Source: Amoebidium appalachense
Lineage: Eukaryota; Protista; Ichthyosporea
DNA length: 64,000 bases
Reading direction: 5' to 3'
NCBI GenBank assembly: GCA_963693365.1
Contig: CAVNZM010000002.1
Location: 14,355,615 to 14,419,614, forward strand
Of the stretch, positions 60,629-64,000 are shown one piece after another. Under the pieces are notes generated by a model. It was given only the letters and a program-made list of their open reading frames with translations. It was not told the origin of the DNA and searched no databases. A program made the position numbers and the translations under genes. Position 1 is the stretch's first letter. The number at the start of each line of letters is the position of its first letter.

Positions 60629-61793
60629 TAAGCCAGAGATTGCTCTTAGCGTGTGTGCTTGTTCCTGAATGTACCTGTGTGCAGGGCGTGTTGGACGTTT
60701 TGTTTTGTTTAGTTTGCCTTTGTTTGTCGAGGGTGGCGAAGGCTACTCGGGCAAGGACCCGACAAATGTATTAAGGTACTGAAATATTCTGTGACACCAT
60801 GTTTTGGGATAGACATGTTATGCTACAAGCGGACGGTGTAGGTGACACGGAACCACTACCTAGAGTTATTGAGATACGATGCTGCCAAATCGCATGGTGT
60901 GTAATATGGCATGAATGATCGAAGGCTCTAATGTGTCTGTGTGCACCCTCATGAATCAAAACTAAAAAAGGGCAGGAATATGCATGCATAGACATAGTGT
61001 TTTTTACGGAATGTGTAGGTCTGTTTTTCTTCTGTTTCCTTTGACTTGTCTTCTTGTCCTTGAGGTTCTCTTAAACCCGAACCTCCCTCCCCCCCCCCCC
61101 CCCCCAAACAAACACACACACACACACACCCCGTCTCCCTCTCCCTCCTTCCCTCGTTCTATTTATCTCACCCCGCCCTCTCCTGTCGCTTTTTCCCCTC
61201 TCCACCCCCCCCATCCTCTCTCTCGCCCTATTCCCCCCCCCCCTCCCCCCCCCCCCCCCCCCCAAAGTAAACTCCAATTATCCCAGGGTCTCCTCCCTTT
61301 TTCTAATGTCTGCTACACTCTAGCTCAGCACTTGGTGTTTAGAATGCCTTTCTTTTATTCTTTTCTTTCGTTTCTTTTCTTTTTTTTTTTTTTGCCAGGG
61401 GGGGGGGGGGGGGGGGGGGGGTACATGATACTTGTGAAGTTCTGAACAAGCGAACGGTTTCGAATATGAATGAACTCTAAATTCAAGTGGCAGCTAGCTG
61501 TCTGCACGGTTCTAGAGAATGTGCAATGCGCATGCCCAATGACGCAAATTTAAACGGATGCCTTTTCGTTTTGCGGTTTATTGGTTATTGCAATTGAAGA
61601 TAATGGTAGATGGGCACATACTTTTACAAATTTAAGTGCATTCTTTTTTGTGTGGGGTGCCTCTGCTATTTTTGATTCTTAAGCTTGTTAATTTTGGCGT
61701 AGTGCCAAATGGCGGCAATTGCAAGTTCTGGCAACGCACAAGTTTCGAACGGATTGTGTCTCCTGCCTCTATTTCTTGGTCTCCATGTCTCCG

Positions 61794-61834
<41 letters not shown>

Positions 61835-62833
61835 CCCTCCCCATCCCCTTTCCCCCGGCCCCCCCCCCCCCCCCCCTCCCCTCACCCACCCACCCACGCC
61901 CCCTCCCCTCCACGCCCCCCTCCCCCCCCCCTCCCTCTCCCTCCCCCCCCCCTTCCCCCCCCCTCCCCTCCCGGCCCTCCCCGCCCTCCCCTCCCTAGGC
62001 TGTGCACTATTCGGTTTCTTTGGGGTTTTTTTTCCCCCCCTGTACATGTAGTGGTTTGCCTGATCAAAACACACACAAACTCACACATAAATCCTCTTTG
62101 CGGGCCCTCAGGCTGTATGGGTCGACCAAGCGTGTTTTCCGCCATATTTTCTGTGTGGAAGTAGTGCTCTTGTTCACTATGTAGGCCATATAACAGCTTG
62201 GCACTTACCACTGGCCATGCCGGCACCAGCCGGCACCCCCAGCAGCTCACGTACTGGCGGTGCGTCATCATGACAAAGTGATGGGCTGATTAGCCATAAA
62301 TGGAAGGTAAAGAGCGGGTGATAGCTAAATATGGTTGTTACACGGCCTTTTTTGGCAACTGAACTTGAACTCCATTTTTTTTCGTTCCAGAGCAAAACAG
62401 AACGACCGTCGAGGAAAAGAAGAAAGGAGTTACAATAACTTTTTGTACTTCTTGAAGTCAACTCTCGATTGCGCATTCAACAGCCTTCTTCCCGTCTTTT
62501 TCTCAGGGAGCTTCTTGAGGTTAACAGTCTTTTCTTCATTTTTTTTTTTTTTCACGAAATCCTTCAAGCCATCAATTGTGGATGGGCGGTGGATGGTGAG
62601 CGGGTGTGTGTGTGTGGGAAGGGGGAGGAGGGGGAGGAGGGGGGGGGGGGGGGGGGGAGGGGGGGGGGGGGTCGGGGAGAGGAGGAAGTGTTTTGTGCGC
62701 GAATCTGTACTGCTTGACAAGCGTCCCACATGATTCCAGCTAATTTTAAGTCATAGCGGTTTTCTTAACTTGTCACGTCAAACATCCGTCTGCACAAACA
62801 CCTCCGTGTTTCTTGGTGCACACGTTCACCGAA

Positions 62834-63716
62834 ATGCTTTACAGCTGCTATCTTTTGCCAGCAGGAAACTCCACATTGTGGAAAAGTTTGTGGCGGGGGG
62901 GAGGAAGGAGGGGAGGGGAGAGGGAGGGGGAGGTGGGGAGGGGGGGTAAGCTGACTCAGAGGAAGAGGGTGCAAGAGACACGTCGCAAAGATAGAAGGAA
63001 GAAAGGATGGTATAGGGGGGAAAGGGAGGTGTGGATGGGTGAGCGAGGGAGGGGGGGGGGGGGGGGGGGGGGACCGGAGATAGGGAAAGTGGGTCGAGAG
63101 AGCACACGACAGGGGGGGTATACAGGGATGGCGTTTAGGCCTCCTAAAACCTTCTCTTTGACACGCAGACTGCCCGTTTGCCCATCTTCCGGCAGAACTC
63201 ACAGTTGCCATCGTTAGCCGACTGCCCATGGCAGACGGTTTCTCCTCCTCCCAAGTGTGCCATGCCTTTGCCGGACTGGCTCGGCACAAAGATGCAGGTC
63301 ACGTGAGAATCACAGTGCCCCCAACAGACAGGGCAGCCAGCCCCGAGGACCTCATGTTGCACGTGGCAGGCCTCAAAGTGTGGGCCAAGCAGGTAGAGGG
63401 GATTCATTTGGATGTAAGGCGGTTTGTTGCACAAGGAACTTGGTTTGACCCAACCGGACCTCGAGAGGTTCCTAGTTGCCTGCTGGAACGAGCTGCCCCC
63501 TTCTGTCATGGAAAGTATGACGATCTACTTTAAGAGACCATGGGGAACGTCGTATATTGAGGTACATATGGTTGCCCTGCACCCCCCCCCCCCCCCCCCT
63601 CAACTCCCACCCACTACCTGCCTGTGTTGGGAAGTGAATGGGCCGTAATGGGGATAGTGTGAATGGCTTGATCTTCTGGAGGCTTTGGAGAACACTATAC
63701 AGTCATTCGTTGCATA
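62834..63716 (+). pseudogene. 5' part of an F-box protein gene with an apparent frameshift
   Basis: Putative exon 62834-62885, then an exon from 63169 reading CPFAHLPAELTVAIVSRLPMADGFSSSQVCHAF (F-box pattern LP.E....I...L...D.......VC..F). Coding-like sequence switches frame near 63421 (...HLDVRR / LLHKELGLTQPDLERFLVACWNELPP...YIE|GT). Confidence 0.55.
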
Positions 63717-64000
63717 CCCATTTTGCGTGTTCCCTTTTGCTCTCCGTTTGTTTTTTCCTGCAGCCTTTCTTTCGTTTGTGTGTGAATATACCTCCGTACT
63801 CCTCTTGTACCAGAGTCTTATTCCATACGGCTTTGCTTTGGTTGGGAACGAGGTTCAGAGTGTCAATTTACCAATTGTATTTTCTGTGTGACATAATTCG
63901 ATTGGATTCAAACGGTCCTTAAGCTTCCGCACATATTTCCTTACCCTCCCTTTCTTGCATCCGCTCCCTTCTCAACCTCTCCACCCGACCCTTTCACATT

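Overview
Intron-rich eukaryotic nuclear DNA, probably from a non-metazoan holozoan. That is an inference from a PTPN9-like Sec14+PTP gene sitting near a mitochondrial-type rps3 fragment. Almost every intron holds poly(C)/poly(G) tracts and (CA)n repeats, so most of the supplied ORFs are low-complexity artefacts. Manual splicing gives five genes: (1) the 3' part of an uncharacterised protein with a Pro-rich/WH2-like tail (+, 47-5756); (2) a CRAL-TRIO + classical tyrosine phosphatase, PTPN9-like (+, 13591-26920), with lesions in the Sec14 half and an intact PTP half; (3) DIS3L2 (-, 35419-51724); (4) TAF12 (+, 52531-60628), head-to-head with DIS3L2; (5) the start of an F-box gene with an apparent frameshift. 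Mobile DNA comprises a TTAA-flanked palindromic MITE, a ~1.07 kb foldback, two copies of a 5'-truncated non-LTR retroelement, a decayed Ty1/copia and an rps3 NUMT. The strongest candidates for new biology are: a structured ~240 bp repeat family whose copies share a 3' end fused to poly(C) and are variably 5'-truncated (possible poly(C)-targeted retroposon); a LINE whose TSD-defined end lies ~196 nt past its A-tract, in a hairpin ending AAACCCC; and a 12 x 44 bp tandem amplification of a DIS3L2 5' splice site. All gene models were read by eye and have no RNA support.
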